From Candidatus Omnitrophota bacterium (GTDB taxonomy: Bacteria; Omnitrophota; Gorgyraeia; Gygaellales; Profunditerraquicolaceae), in assembly GCA_003644385.1 (NCBI GenBank), contig QNCD01000002.1, positions 1-56,298 of the forward strand: a stretch of DNA of 56,298 bases, in the 5' to 3' direction. A program made the position numbers and the translations under genes. This document shows positions 7,901 to 17,644 of this stretch, in pieces (within the stretch, counting starts at the first letter, position 1; each line of letters starts with the position of its first letter). The notes under the pieces were generated by a model, which was not told the origin of the DNA, ran no database searches, and saw only the letters and a list, made by a program, of their open reading frames with translations.

Positions 7901-8815
7901 TTAACTAATTACACTGTTCAATAATAGAGCATATTTCCTAAATGGGCGGGCTTTTTTCAATGTATTTTTAATCAACTCTGAGGAAGCTTTACCTGGATCT
8001 CCATATTCCAAAAAAGCGACAAAGAGCTTTGTCTCATCAAGGTAAGAATATAGCTTTTTAGCCAATACAATACTTTCAACTTTAGCATCACTGTCTAACA
8101 TAATAACAATTTTTTTCAGCTTCTTCTGACTGATTTTCTTAGCCTGATAATTGCTGATATCTTTGCCAAATATACAGATACCTTCATCTCCCACTTTCAT
8201 CGCATCAAATACTCCTTCAGTTATTATCGCTCTACCAATTTTAGCAGCCCTATCCAGATTAAAAACAAAATGAGACTTGCCATAAATATAACTTTTAGGT
8301 GGGTTCAAATATTTAGGTTCTTGTCCTCTAAATGTGCGAGCTTGATAATATACTAACTTCTTCCCTTCAAAAACAGGAACAATTATTCTGCCAGCATACC
8401 ATCCACTGGTGCAATAACCTAACTTGTATTTCTCAATGTACTCTTTGGTAATTCCCCTTGATCTCAAATATTCTAAAGCTTCTTTACCCGCTTTAGTAGC
8501 AGAAAAATCAAAATTTGTCCCATTTGGGTATGATATAGCTGTTTTAATTGTCCCAGTAATAGTTTTATATCTATTTGTTAATTTGAACAAATTCTCCGGC
8601 TTGACATGCTGTGACTTTTTTATATTCAGCAGTCTGTATAACTGGGATTTATTGCACTTAAATCCACACCTGTGGCAATAACCTAAACCACTCAATCTAT
8701 TCAGATAAAAATGCTGTTCTTTACCACACTTTGGACATTTTAAAATAAATTCACTATTATCGCCATTTAATCTAACTTCATCAAAATTCTCCCTTATAAC
8801 TTGTTCAAGATTCAT
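7901..8815 (-). CDS. DNA primase (zinc-finger + TOPRIM)
   Basis: Zinc finger CPKCG-x18-CHRCG. TOPRIM motifs ITEGVFDA (ExxxD region) and MLDSDA (DxD). Confidence 0.8.
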   Translation of the reverse strand: MNLEQVIRENFDEVRLNGDNSEFILKCPKCGKEQHFYLNRLSGLGYCHRCGFKCNKSQLYRLLNIKKSQHVKPENLFKLTNRYKTITGTIKTAISYPNGTNFDFSATKAGKEALEYLRSRGITKEYIEKYKLGYCTSGWYAGRIIVPVFEGKKLVYYQARTFRGQEPKYLNPPKSYIYGKSHFVFNLDRAAKIGRAIITEGVFDAMKVGDEGICIFGKDISNYQAKKISQKKLKKIVIMLDSDAKVESIVLAKKLYSYLDETKLFVAFLEYGDPGKASSELIKNTLKKARPFRKYALLLNSVIS

Positions 8816-10106
8816 TGCTTCTCTCCCTTATCATCATTTTAGACCAATCAGCACTCACATTCACAGAACCATAGGAAGGATTGTGACGCTGATGTGCCAC
8901 AAAAATACGCATCTCACCTCTTTCTCTTTCCTCTTCAGTTTGACTCAGACTCAATACAATATCAGCTGAAGCCAACTTCGGGAAACTGTATGCTACATGT
9001 TCCAAATCCACTATGGATTTATTTTTAGCACTTCGTATGATTTGGCTGGCGGTCCAGACTGGTATTTTTCTTTTTACTGCTAAACCTCTTAGTTCAGCAT
9101 ATATTTGTTTTTGCTCTTGCCAATCAGCTTCATAATATCTACTACTCTTCAACTCGTCAGCATAATCCACAATAATTAAATCTGGCACAAAGTCACTGCC
9201 ACTCAGCATCTCTAAATGAGATTCTAAAGTTGCTACTGTGGCTGACTTGGTGGGATATTGTTTGATTATTAAATCACCTTTGAATAATTGGCAAATCCAC
9301 TTTAGCCTTTCAGCAACTTCTTTAGAATATTCAGATAAATTGCCAGTTCCATAACCACTGAGTGCACTGTCAAGCCTAATAGCTATATGACTCTCACTCA
9401 TTTCTAAAGTATAATAAACAACTTTCTTACCCTGGAAAATTGCACCTCTGGTCAACCAGATTAAGAATGCAGTTTTACCTCTACCTTTGAACCCTAATAC
9501 TACTCCTAATTCACCAGGTCCCAAACCTCCTCCAATTTTATCGTCCAGTCCTTTTATCATTGTTCTGATGCGTCCTGTGACTTCTGATTCGTGATTAGTT
9601 AGTCTTTTTTCAGGATTATCAAAATACTTGATACCAATATGTTCAAGGTTCTCTCCTACTCTAATTGCATCTCTTACCAGCTGTTCAATTTGCTCATATT
9701 TATCCTGCTCTAATAGTTTAGCTGATTCTAAAATGGCAGACTTCATAGCTTGATGTTTAGCAAATTTGATTAACAATTCACAAGTATATTTACTCTCTAC
9801 ATTATAATTGATGCTATAAATCTTGTCAATCTCTTTCTCATAAACTTCAAGGTCTAATTGTAAATCCTTATTAGCAACCTCTTCTTTTAACATTTCTGGC
9901 GTTGGTAATTGTCCATAACTATCAGTTAGATTCAAGATTAGCTTGCACAAATCTGAATGAACAATTTTTTCAAAATACTCTGGCTTTAGCACTTCTCTAA
10001 ATTGATAAATAAAATCTTTATTCCTTGCCATCATCGCCAATAAGTTTTCCTGAAAGTGTATGTTAAAATCGTATTTTGCACTCATTATTTCAGCTGTTCT
10101 AACCAA
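8805..10106 (-). CDS. DnaB-like replicative DNA helicase
   Basis: The N-terminal region resembles a DnaB N-domain. Walker A is GFKGRGKTAF and Walker B is LIIVDYADE. A RecA-like C-terminal core is present. Confidence 0.8.
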   Translation of the reverse strand: MVRTAEIMSAKYDFNIHFQENLLAMMARNKDFIYQFREVLKPEYFEKIVHSDLCKLILNLTDSYGQLPTPEMLKEEVANKDLQLDLEVYEKEIDKIYSINYNVESKYTCELLIKFAKHQAMKSAILESAKLLEQDKYEQIEQLVRDAIRVGENLEHIGIKYFDNPEKRLTNHESEVTGRIRTMIKGLDDKIGGGLGPGELGVVLGFKGRGKTAFLIWLTRGAIFQGKKVVYYTLEMSESHIAIRLDSALSGYGTGNLSEYSKEVAERLKWICQLFKGDLIIKQYPTKSATVATLESHLEMLSGSDFVPDLIIVDYADELKSSRYYEADWQEQKQIYAELRGLAVKRKIPVWTASQIIRSAKNKSIVDLEHVAYSFPKLASADIVLSLSQTEEERERGEMRIFVAHQRHNPSYGSVNVSADWSKMMIRERSNES

Positions 10107-10696
10107 GCAATCACAGCTTCTTTATTATTGTTTTTTAACATTTCTTTAACTAAATATGCAAATTCTTTTTCAGCCTTTTTGATTTTTTCAGCTTCTAATA
10201 ATGGTCTTTCTTCCAATAGCTTCTTTCTATTCTTTTTCACTTTCCATCTATCGTACCTGTCAATAGCAGCAACTTGTGTTAAACTCCTGGGAGTTGGAAT
10301 CGGAAATTTCTCCCAATTCTCCATTTCTTCAAACTGTGCAATAATGAATTCACGCATGTCATAGTGATTGTCTTTAATAATCTGGTAGGCTTTTTTAAAC
10401 CATTTCCAATTGACATTTTCTTTAGGTGATAATACCTTTCTCTTTTTATTCTTACCTCTACCAATAGTCACTGTCCTGGGATAAAATGTTTCATAAAACT
10501 TAATGCCTGTTTTCTCCCTACGCACTTGTTGATAAAACAGACCTAAATCAATTATTTTCAAATCCTCTTCTGAAAATCTATTAAATTTTACCCCTGGCAA
10601 TAAGGATTGTCTGTATTGAAGAGCGTAATTCTGAAGTGAGTTCTTCCTTAGCCTTGGCTTTCTACGAGGTCTTCTTTTAATCATTACCCACTCCAA
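10085..10696 (-). CDS. hypothetical protein with basic N terminus
   Basis: 203-aa co-directional ORF starting KRRPRRKPRLRKN. No motif recognised. Confidence 0.5.
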   Translation of the reverse strand: MEWVMIKRRPRRKPRLRKNSLQNYALQYRQSLLPGVKFNRFSEEDLKIIDLGLFYQQVRREKTGIKFYETFYPRTVTIGRGKNKKRKVLSPKENVNWKWFKKAYQIIKDNHYDMREFIIAQFEEMENWEKFPIPTPRSLTQVAAIDRYDRWKVKKNRKKLLEERPLLEAEKIKKAEKEFAYLVKEMLKNNNKEAVIAWLEQLK

Positions 10697-10730
10697 TTAT
10701 TTTAAATTTGTTTATTGGCAATGATATCAA

Positions 10731-12116
10731 TTATTCTAAATGTCCCTTAATCATTACATCAAAACCCTCATTTTTATAATCCTTTATTCTTTTATTACTG
10801 TGTCTCCTTAAGTACACATTTGTATCATCATAAAAATCAGTAACATATAATATATTCTCACTATTTTGTTTTTTTCTTAAACCACGGCCAACTCTCTGAA
10901 CATTTTTAACATAACTTTTACCCCCTGCTGCTATTACTAAGTGCTGAATGTTTGGTACATCTATACCTTCATCTAAGATAACTGTACTAATCAGACATTT
11001 AATTTTACCTTTCTTAAATTCCTCAATTACTTTATTTCTAAAATCACTATTCTCTTGGCCACTAATAAATTCACAGTTAAAGCCAGAATTGAGAAACAGA
11101 TTTTCCAAAATTCTACCATGTTCCAGCAATTTCACAATAATTAAGGAGGGTTTATCAACTTCTTTACATCGTTCTAATATCAAATCATTTCTATATTTAT
11201 TTTCACAGATACCAATCCTATAAGCATCTTCATAGTTGAGATTCTCGATATCTACAGGCTCTCTAACTGGAATAATTATTATTTTTGGTTCAGCTGAATA
11301 ACCTTTTTCAATTAAATCCTGATTAGTTACACTATGGACAATTTCTCCAGTCATAGCTAATAACCGCCAATCTTTTACATCATTTTTTTGGAGAGGTGTA
11401 GCACTTAACCCAAATCTATAACTCGCTTTACATTTCATTGCTACTCTGTAAAATGTCTTGACCGAACTACCTAAATGATGACACTCGTCAATTATCAGTA
11501 CTTTAAAAGGTAACAAAAAATTCTTTAGATCTTTCCTATTATATAGACTCTGAACCATCGCTACAGTTATTCTTTTAATATCCTCAATTCCATCACCTAC
11601 TTTACCAACTTTAATGCCAAGTCTATCCTCAATTCTTTCAGCTGTCTGATACATCAGCTCCTTTCTGTGAGTTAACCAAATGGTAGGTAAACCTAAAACT
11701 TGAATAATGCCACAGCCCACTTCTGTCTTGCCTGCATTTGTGGCTTGAGCTATGATACCATTTCCTTTATTTAAAGCTGTCCAAATTGCTTCTTTTTGAT
11801 AATCTCTTAACTGGATATCCTTAAGATTCAGATAATGCCAATCCTCCTGAGGTAATCTGTAACGGAAGTCTTGAATCTGATAAGCTAACTTCTGAATCTC
11901 AAAAAACTTAGTAGCTCTTTCCAACAACCCTGTCGGAAAGCTATGCCAGCTCCTATTATAAAAATGAATTCTACCATCCCATTGTCCACTACGAAAAGCA
12001 TTTGAAAACCAATAACCATCTATCTTTTTGGCGAAGAAATTGTCAAGCAATTCGTCCACAACAAAGGAGCTACCCACTAAATAACTATATACATTCCTCA
12101 CTTTTATTGTTAGCAA
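10731..12116 (-). CDS. superfamily 2 DEAD/DEAH-box DNA helicase (ResIII/UvsW-like)
   Basis: LRDYQKEAI (Q motif-like), ATNAGKT (motif I), DECHH (motif II), SATP (motif III) and VGRGLR (motif VI). Apparent TTG start preceded by AAGGAGG. Confidence 0.8.
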   Translation of the reverse strand: MLTIKVRNVYSYLVGSSFVVDELLDNFFAKKIDGYWFSNAFRSGQWDGRIHFYNRSWHSFPTGLLERATKFFEIQKLAYQIQDFRYRLPQEDWHYLNLKDIQLRDYQKEAIWTALNKGNGIIAQATNAGKTEVGCGIIQVLGLPTIWLTHRKELMYQTAERIEDRLGIKVGKVGDGIEDIKRITVAMVQSLYNRKDLKNFLLPFKVLIIDECHHLGSSVKTFYRVAMKCKASYRFGLSATPLQKNDVKDWRLLAMTGEIVHSVTNQDLIEKGYSAEPKIIIIPVREPVDIENLNYEDAYRIGICENKYRNDLILERCKEVDKPSLIIVKLLEHGRILENLFLNSGFNCEFISGQENSDFRNKVIEEFKKGKIKCLISTVILDEGIDVPNIQHLVIAAGGKSYVKNVQRVGRGLRKKQNSENILYVTDFYDDTNVYLRRHSNKRIKDYKNEGFDVMIKGHLE

Positions 12117-12224
12117 AAATTATCTACCTCCTTAAGTAAATAAACGCCAAATCTATTAAATCTTGCATAATTATTGAAAATTGTGTATGATTAAAGAGTC
12201 TGGAAAGGCACTATATGAATAAAT

Positions 12225-12614
12225 TCAACCGTTGTACTCAAAATGATAGGGATCTACCAATTCAAAATCTCCTCCCCATCTATTGTAAGGATCTAATTTT
12301 TTCCAGTATTCTCCAAGTTTTTCATAATGTATTTTTTCTTTCAGCCAGTTACCTTCCTTGTCTAATATAAAAATATCTATTGCTAACTTGTCCTGATGTT
12401 TGGAGTGTCTGGCTTTACTATAGCCCATATATCTATAAACATCCTGCAAATCAAAAATAAATTCTCTATTACAATGAGGACACTTGAATCTTAAATGTGC
12501 TGGTCTATAAACTTCTCCTATAGAAAAGTTGATATCATTCTTTATAGACCAGCACAATAACTTGGTGAGTAAATTTCTAAAGTGAATCTGTTTGCGACTA
12601 AGTCTCATCTCCAC
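12225..12614 (-). CDS. peptidase M15 (VanY/L-Ala-D-Glu peptidase-like) endolysin
   Basis: SKHQDKLAIDI (H and D zinc ligands) and WGGDF...DPYHFEY (third His) match the M15 signature. The gene sits last in a holin-like/secreted-protein cassette. Confidence 0.65.
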   Translation of the reverse strand: MEMRLSRKQIHFRNLLTKLLCWSIKNDINFSIGEVYRPAHLRFKCPHCNREFIFDLQDVYRYMGYSKARHSKHQDKLAIDIFILDKEGNWLKEKIHYEKLGEYWKKLDPYNRWGGDFELVDPYHFEYNG

Positions 12615-13090
12615 TCATAAGTGATAGCCAACCCAAATCTACCGCTGGTGTAATAATATAGAAGTTGGAATCTCGTATTTCTAAACTCTTCCAAAGTAAT
12701 CTTCTTCTGAAATTCAAAAGGTTTAGCATTCATAATTCCAATCGCATTGCCAGCTGGATTAGTAGACCAGATCCAGTTGATATTCTCACCTTCGACAATA
12801 TGAATGTAACCACCTAACTTGTATCCTTCAGTAATGGCAACATTGAAATTCCCGCTTTTCATTGCTTTTTCCAGCATAGGAGTAATTAAGTCTACTACCA
12901 CTCCCCACCAATCAGGAACAGAAATAGGATTCTGTTCAATTGATTCTGCAACTTGGTTGCTGGCTACCTCTAAAGAAATTACCTCTTCATCATCAACTTG
13001 CACAGCTACTACAGCAGTAGATAATCCCAAAACTAACACACAAGCCATCAGCAAAGCCAATAACTTCAGCAAGATTAATAACTTTTTCAT
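12605..13090 (-). CDS. signal-anchored/secreted beta-rich protein in lysis cassette
   Basis: N-terminal MKKLLILLKLLALLMACVLVLGLS, a hydrophobic signal with a possible LMAC lipobox. The C terminus ends in an aromatic-rich beta-like segment, GLAITYEWR. Confidence 0.45.
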   Translation of the reverse strand: MKKLLILLKLLALLMACVLVLGLSTAVVAVQVDDEEVISLEVASNQVAESIEQNPISVPDWWGVVVDLITPMLEKAMKSGNFNVAITEGYKLGGYIHIVEGENINWIWSTNPAGNAIGIMNAKPFEFQKKITLEEFRNTRFQLLYYYTSGRFGLAITYEWR

Positions 13091-13104
13091 CTGGCTAACC
13101 TCCT

Positions 13105-13386
13105 TTATTTTTTCTTCTTCTTACTTAAAGCACACTTAGCTACTTCATTGGTCAGCTCTTTAGCAACCTTACTCTCAGGGTTCAAACCTTCAGCCTGTAA
13201 TCCCTTAATAATCAGATCAATCACAGCATCAACATTGTCAGGAGTTACTTCCTTAACATCAGTTAGAATTTTTACAATCACATTCCTGTACTTCTTCTTC
13301 GGGTCAATTTTGTAAGCTGACAGCAATAAAGTGATTAAAACTACAATAGGGTAAGTTAACTTTAAAATTAAATCAAGATAATCCAT
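13105..13386 (-). CDS. putative holin-like small membrane protein
   Basis: 93 aa with one N-terminal TM segment (TYPIVVLITLLLSAY) and a lysine-rich C terminus, located upstream of the endolysin. Call is by position only. Confidence 0.3.
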   Translation of the reverse strand: MDYLDLILKLTYPIVVLITLLLSAYKIDPKKKYRNVIVKILTDVKEVTPDNVDAVIDLIIKGLQAEGLNPESKVAKELTNEVAKCALSKKKKK

Positions 13387-13400
13387 TGTATCTCACCTCC

Positions 13401-14075
13401 TTAAACATATCTTACAAATCTTGTTTTGTATACTTCTGTAATTTCATCCTCAATCCCTTCTGCTTTCATTTCCTCAAATAACTGATAGAAATATTCATCA
13501 ACGGACTTACCTATTGTTTTCAGTGATGCTTTTCTTACCGCACTTTTTACCTTAGCCTGAATCAACGGCAGAGGAAATTTCTTCTCCTTTTTATGGCAGG
13601 TTGGTAGCCTTTTCGTAAATTCTTGAAATTTTTCTGGAGTAAATACTTTGTCATTCTGAGGCTCAATAAGTAAAACATTAAGTCCCTCAGCTAAGATGAT
13701 ACTGTTGTAGCTATGAACCCTTGAATCTGTAATTATAAAATGCCACTTGTTTTTAATGATTGATTTGGCAGTTAAGACCAAAGAGAAATCATCACAATCA
13801 AACCAATCTTTTCTATATTTGAATTTATCAGTTTCATCTTCTTTTAGAAATTGAATTACTTGACTCCTAACAGGTAGCCAATAGTTCTCATCTGCTAAGT
13901 AGAGAAAAGTAGTATTTCCAAAAACTCTTTTCAGTACTTTTTCAATAGTTTGCCAATTTTGAACACTGGCTCCAGGTTTTTTAACCAAAAGTGCACCAAA
14001 GAATAAAAAAACAAACCACCAGATGAAATTTTTAATCTTGCTCATCCTTATCAACCTCCTCTTCAGATGCACCAT
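13401..14075 (-). CDS. membrane-anchored protein with Cys/His pair (possible papain/transglutaminase-like fold)
   Basis: TM segment FIWWFVFLFFGALLV. FDCDDFSLVLTAK and RVHSYN are faintly reminiscent of cysteine peptidase cores. The likelier start is the internal ATG at 14045, preceded by GGAGG. Confidence 0.45.
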   Translation of the reverse strand: MVHLKRRLIRMSKIKNFIWWFVFLFFGALLVKKPGASVQNWQTIEKVLKRVFGNTTFLYLADENYWLPVRSQVIQFLKEDETDKFKYRKDWFDCDDFSLVLTAKSIIKNKWHFIITDSRVHSYNSIILAEGLNVLLIEPQNDKVFTPEKFQEFTKRLPTCHKKEKKFPLPLIQAKVKSAVRKASLKTIGKSVDEYFYQLFEEMKAEGIEDEITEVYKTRFVRYV

Positions 14076-14598
14076 GAGCTGTGCATCCTTCTTTTAAATT
14101 TGTCGCTCCTTTTTCTTGTAAACTCTGCAAATAAGACTTAGAAAGTTCAAATGCAGGAGGATAAAAGTGTTTGAAATTTTTAAATTCTCTCAATAATTTC
14201 TTCATCACTATAATAGCATCCATCATTGTCCAGTGAGTATCAATTAGTCTACGGAGTGTCAATGAAAGGACTTTAACTTCATGTGACTTAATAGTCATCT
14301 GATTCCAATTGAATGCTAACAGACTAAATTCTATCGACAAATCTTTCAGAATTGGAACTATAGGATGTGTAATAACTATATTAATTAATAAATTTAATAT
14401 TCTCCTAACCAAAGTCTCTTTATCCTCAGCATTAATGCTTTTACCATCCAAAACATCATCAATATCATTCTTCATAGTACAAACTGAAGATTTAATTTGT
14501 TGTAAATTATTCTGTCCAAATAGTTTTAACAAATCCTGCTTGTAAGTTAATATTTTCTCGAGTTTACCAACATTTTTCCTATAAAGTTCTACTGACAT
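14032..14598 (-). CDS. hypothetical helical protein downstream of the radical SAM pair
   Basis: 188-aa co-directional ORF abutting the stop of 14599..15924, with an acidic C-terminal tail. Confidence 0.5.
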   Translation of the reverse strand: MSVELYRKNVGKLEKILTYKQDLLKLFGQNNLQQIKSSVCTMKNDIDDVLDGKSINAEDKETLVRRILNLLINIVITHPIVPILKDLSIEFSLLAFNWNQMTIKSHEVKVLSLTLRRLIDTHWTMMDAIIVMKKLLREFKNFKHFYPPAFELSKSYLQSLQEKGATNLKEGCTAHGASEEEVDKDEQD

Positions 14599-15924
14599 CT
14601 ATTCCTCCATTATTTTTTCTATAAATCGAAATGACATAGCTTTTCGCTCATCAATGTAATTAAGTATGGTTTTATACATATTGACTTTTTTGAAACCTTT
14701 AATCATTGCCATTACTTTAGCGTGAAACAATTTACAGACCGTAGGAATCGGAGAAAACATATCTCCAGTCACTTCCAACATTGAGCCCAAACATTGTGCT
14801 TGGCATAAATATTTAATAGCACACACCTCACACTGAGGCTGAGAATAATAATGAAAAGTTTTAGTGCCAATTAATAGTTCAGGATTTACTGCTTCAATTC
14901 CAACGATTCTATTATTGTCCACTATGAATTTAGCTAATGTATTCTGTGGGTAGCTGATACGATGACAAGGAACAATTGCTAAATCTCCCATTCTGATATA
15001 AAGACAGGACTGGAGTGAACAGCCTATTCCTCTTCCAGTATTAGTCAATGGAGCTGATAGAATATTATAGCCTTTAAGGGTGAACAAAAATTTCATAAAT
15101 TTCTTCGGATCACTTTTGCAAGGGTGTTTGAAAGTCCATTCAATTAAGAACTCAATAAATTTCATATATTCTTTAATCTGCCAGTCTGTCCATTCTACAT
15201 TTCTAACTTCTAACAAATAAATATTAAAAAAAGGCAAATCATATTTCCTGAAATATGATTGAAACCATAAAAAGTTATCTATCCAATTTTCAATCAGCTC
15301 AGAATATATCATCGGGTGGAAACCAAATTTATGTTTTACAGCAAATTTGAAGCACTTATCATAGTATTCGTCGTCTCTATTATCAATGCCAATTTTTAAC
15401 GGTCGATTTCTTTCACAATATTTTCCATCAAAGCTTGCACTTAAAGCTAATCTAATTCCAATCTTTTTACTTTTTTCAATCAGCCTTTCTACTTTTTCAG
15501 TTAGTTTATCATTTAGAATAAAAGTAAAATTCGTTGGAACGCAAATCATCATTGGCTTCTTCTCAGCACTTGCGAACTTATCAAGAATTAAATCTAAAGC
15601 ATCAAAACCAAGCTTCTGCACAAAAGGTTCTCCGCTGAAAAAATCTATCTTTGGAGCCATCCCATTCTCGATCCACCAATTGCACAGCAATTCTAAATTC
15701 TGCATAATTCTATCATAGTTGATAATCTTTGAAGGATATAGTTGCTCACCAAAGTGAGTATGATAACAATATTTGCACTTTAAGTTGCACTTTGAAGATA
15801 AATAAATTTCAGCCCTTGAAAAATTCTGTAAGTTTATATTTGTAGGTTCTTTCCATGCCTTGAAATATGTGCTTTCAAGAAATGAACTTACCAATTGATT
15901 ATTTTCTTGCTGAAATGTTAACAT
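14599..15924 (-). CDS. radical SAM / SPASM domain enzyme
   Basis: CNLKCKYC (CxxxCxxC, nt 15766-15789), FFSGEP SAM-binding-like motif, and the exact SPASM motif CX2CX5CX3C = CEVCAIKYLCQAQC (nt 14791-14832). Confidence 0.85.
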   Translation of the reverse strand: MLTFQQENNQLVSSFLESTYFKAWKEPTNINLQNFSRAEIYLSSKCNLKCKYCYHTHFGEQLYPSKIINYDRIMQNLELLCNWWIENGMAPKIDFFSGEPFVQKLGFDALDLILDKFASAEKKPMMICVPTNFTFILNDKLTEKVERLIEKSKKIGIRLALSASFDGKYCERNRPLKIGIDNRDDEYYDKCFKFAVKHKFGFHPMIYSELIENWIDNFLWFQSYFRKYDLPFFNIYLLEVRNVEWTDWQIKEYMKFIEFLIEWTFKHPCKSDPKKFMKFLFTLKGYNILSAPLTNTGRGIGCSLQSCLYIRMGDLAIVPCHRISYPQNTLAKFIVDNNRIVGIEAVNPELLIGTKTFHYYSQPQCEVCAIKYLCQAQCLGSMLEVTGDMFSPIPTVCKLFHAKVMAMIKGFKKVNMYKTILNYIDERKAMSFRFIEKIMEE

Positions 15925-17230
15925 CTTTCAGAATCTCCTGAAATGCACCATTTGCAAATAACCTAATCATGCTGACTGGAGTAAAATGGATGCAGCCCGT
16001 ATTTAACAAATTCTCAGTTGGACAAGAACATGCAGTATTGATGAACAAAGAAAATAGGATGCACAAATCATTATTAGTTAAGTATACCTTATCAGCCTGA
16101 CCACAGAGTGCGAGTTCTTTCAGCATTGCAACCACATAACTATTCTTCAATTTAGTGAAATCATGATAATTTCTCAATATATACTTCCATCGTAAAGTAT
16201 TATGTGGATCATCGACATTCACAATATATCTATTTCGGATAAAATCAATTTTCTTACCTTCAAACAGAGAGACGTCCCAATTGTCAATATCTTTTTGTGT
16301 GAGAATACTGTTCAGATATTCATCACAATTTAGATAAAATGTTCTGTGACAAATATGCAGGTCATCATCTATTCCCACACCAGAATTACTATCACCACCT
16401 GAACAGGTAAACATGGCAGGATTTACATTTAGCCTGTCCCAGTGGTCAAATACCTTTTTAAATCTGAAACAGTAAGTATTTGGATATTTCATTTCACGCA
16501 GATTTTTGAAGAATGTAGCCAATTGCTTCCCGTCTTCACTTGTGTATTTTCCTGGAACAACTAAAGTTGGTGAACAAGTGTTTCTGAAACTGACTTGTCT
16601 TTGCTTGTTAATTGCTTTGAATCGAGCCTGCATATCTTTAAAGTATTCAAAATACTGCTTGATTTTGTTTTTATCCTTATTCAATAATCTAATATTTTCT
16701 TTCGAGAAAGTTGATTTCACTTTAAACTCAACAGTTAGTTCATTCAAACTAACTGCATTCAACTCTTTTAATAGAGAGCAAAAGTTAGAAAGTATTTTCT
16801 CACTTGCGCCTTTCATACGGTTTTTATCAGTAATAAAGCTTGGACCATCTACAGAAATTTGGATCTTAAGTTTCAGTTTTTTATTGGTATTGGATAGCTG
16901 CTTAACAAAGTCGACTAATATGTTTGTATTGGTAAGCAAGTTTGTCGAAAAACTAATTTCTTTCAAGTTGGGAAAACTCTGAAGACATCCAATTATGAAA
17001 TCCGTAGATTGCAGCAATGATAGAGTTGGCTCAGTACCCCAAAGTCCAAGGTATTCCAAATTACTTCTATAAATTGTAGCAAGGTTTCCAAAGTAATAAT
17101 CTTTTCTCAGTTTTGTGACAATCTTGTTGTGGAGCTTAACCATTTCTTTACTTTTTGGTATATAACAATATTTGCAGTTCAAATTGCAGTAACCTGAAGT
17201 CAAAACTTCTACAGCTTTCATTCTGTCCAT
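15899..17230 (-). CDS. radical SAM enzyme with Cys-rich C-terminal (twitch/SPASM-like) region
   Basis: CNLNCKYC (nt 17165-17188), LWGTEPTL glycine-rich SAM motif, and C-terminal cysteines in FTCSGGD...HICH and ACSCPTENLLNTGC. Confidence 0.8.
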   Translation of the reverse strand: MDRMKAVEVLTSGYCNLNCKYCYIPKSKEMVKLHNKIVTKLRKDYYFGNLATIYRSNLEYLGLWGTEPTLSLLQSTDFIIGCLQSFPNLKEISFSTNLLTNTNILVDFVKQLSNTNKKLKLKIQISVDGPSFITDKNRMKGASEKILSNFCSLLKELNAVSLNELTVEFKVKSTFSKENIRLLNKDKNKIKQYFEYFKDMQARFKAINKQRQVSFRNTCSPTLVVPGKYTSEDGKQLATFFKNLREMKYPNTYCFRFKKVFDHWDRLNVNPAMFTCSGGDSNSGVGIDDDLHICHRTFYLNCDEYLNSILTQKDIDNWDVSLFEGKKIDFIRNRYIVNVDDPHNTLRWKYILRNYHDFTKLKNSYVVAMLKELALCGQADKVYLTNNDLCILFSLFINTACSCPTENLLNTGCIHFTPVSMIRLFANGAFQEILKDVNISARK

Positions 17231-17238
17231 CTTAGCCC

Positions 17239-17634
17239 CTATAAAGAACTATCGTGTATTCCATCATATCCACTATCGTAAACGCCATCATACCCAATAT
17301 CATGACCGCTATCAACATCACCATCTTCTCCTAAATTATAACCACTTTCGTGAGTAGCATAGTAAGACCCCTTGTCATCAACATCCACCGTAACATCATC
17401 ACCGATGTCATAAGTACCTTCGTCAGCAGTGTCATATGTACCATGTTCATTGTTATAAATTGTACTATCAAATGCAGAATCTATTCCATTATCGTAATCA
17501 GCGTTGTAGGTACCCTTGTCAGTTACACACGCTTCGTTGTCTTTGATATAGTCAATATTCGTGCGTATCTCATCTATCGCTGATTTTATATGGACCGAAC
17601 CAACCCCAATATCTTCTGTCCAAGAAAAAGCCAT
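17239..17634 (-). CDS. hyper-acidic Tyr/Asp/Gly/Ser-repeat protein (candidate radical SAM substrate / tail-fibre accessory)
   Basis: 131 aa. N-terminal MAFSWTEDIG..IKSAIDEIRTNIDYIKDNEAC, then a Y-D-x rich tract (GTYDTADEGTYDIGDD, GYDGVYDSGYDG). Paralogous to 17645..18139. Confidence 0.6.
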   Translation of the reverse strand: MAFSWTEDIGVGSVHIKSAIDEIRTNIDYIKDNEACVTDKGTYNADYDNGIDSAFDSTIYNNEHGTYDTADEGTYDIGDDVTVDVDDKGSYYATHESGYNLGEDGDVDSGHDIGYDGVYDSGYDGIHDSSL

Positions 17635-17644
17635 TTAATCTCCT

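Noticed and set aside
10279-10464. Nested minus-strand ORFs in alternative frames (10279..10464, 22333..22515, 30220..30405, 47389..47595)
   Set aside because: Each is fully contained in a longer ORF of the same strand that fits the operon spacing. Their products are compositionally odd, and no start context is present.
16506-16982. 158-aa plus-strand ORF inside the radical SAM gene, and similar plus-strand ORFs at 1501..1701, 1778..2062, 2302..2523, 8424..8681, 10948..11223, 15386..15718, 45783..46139 and 53584..53931
   Set aside because: All are antisense to genes with recognisable catalytic motifs. None has an RBS, and all have the Leu/Ser/Phe/Ile-rich composition of reverse-frame artefacts in AT-rich DNA.
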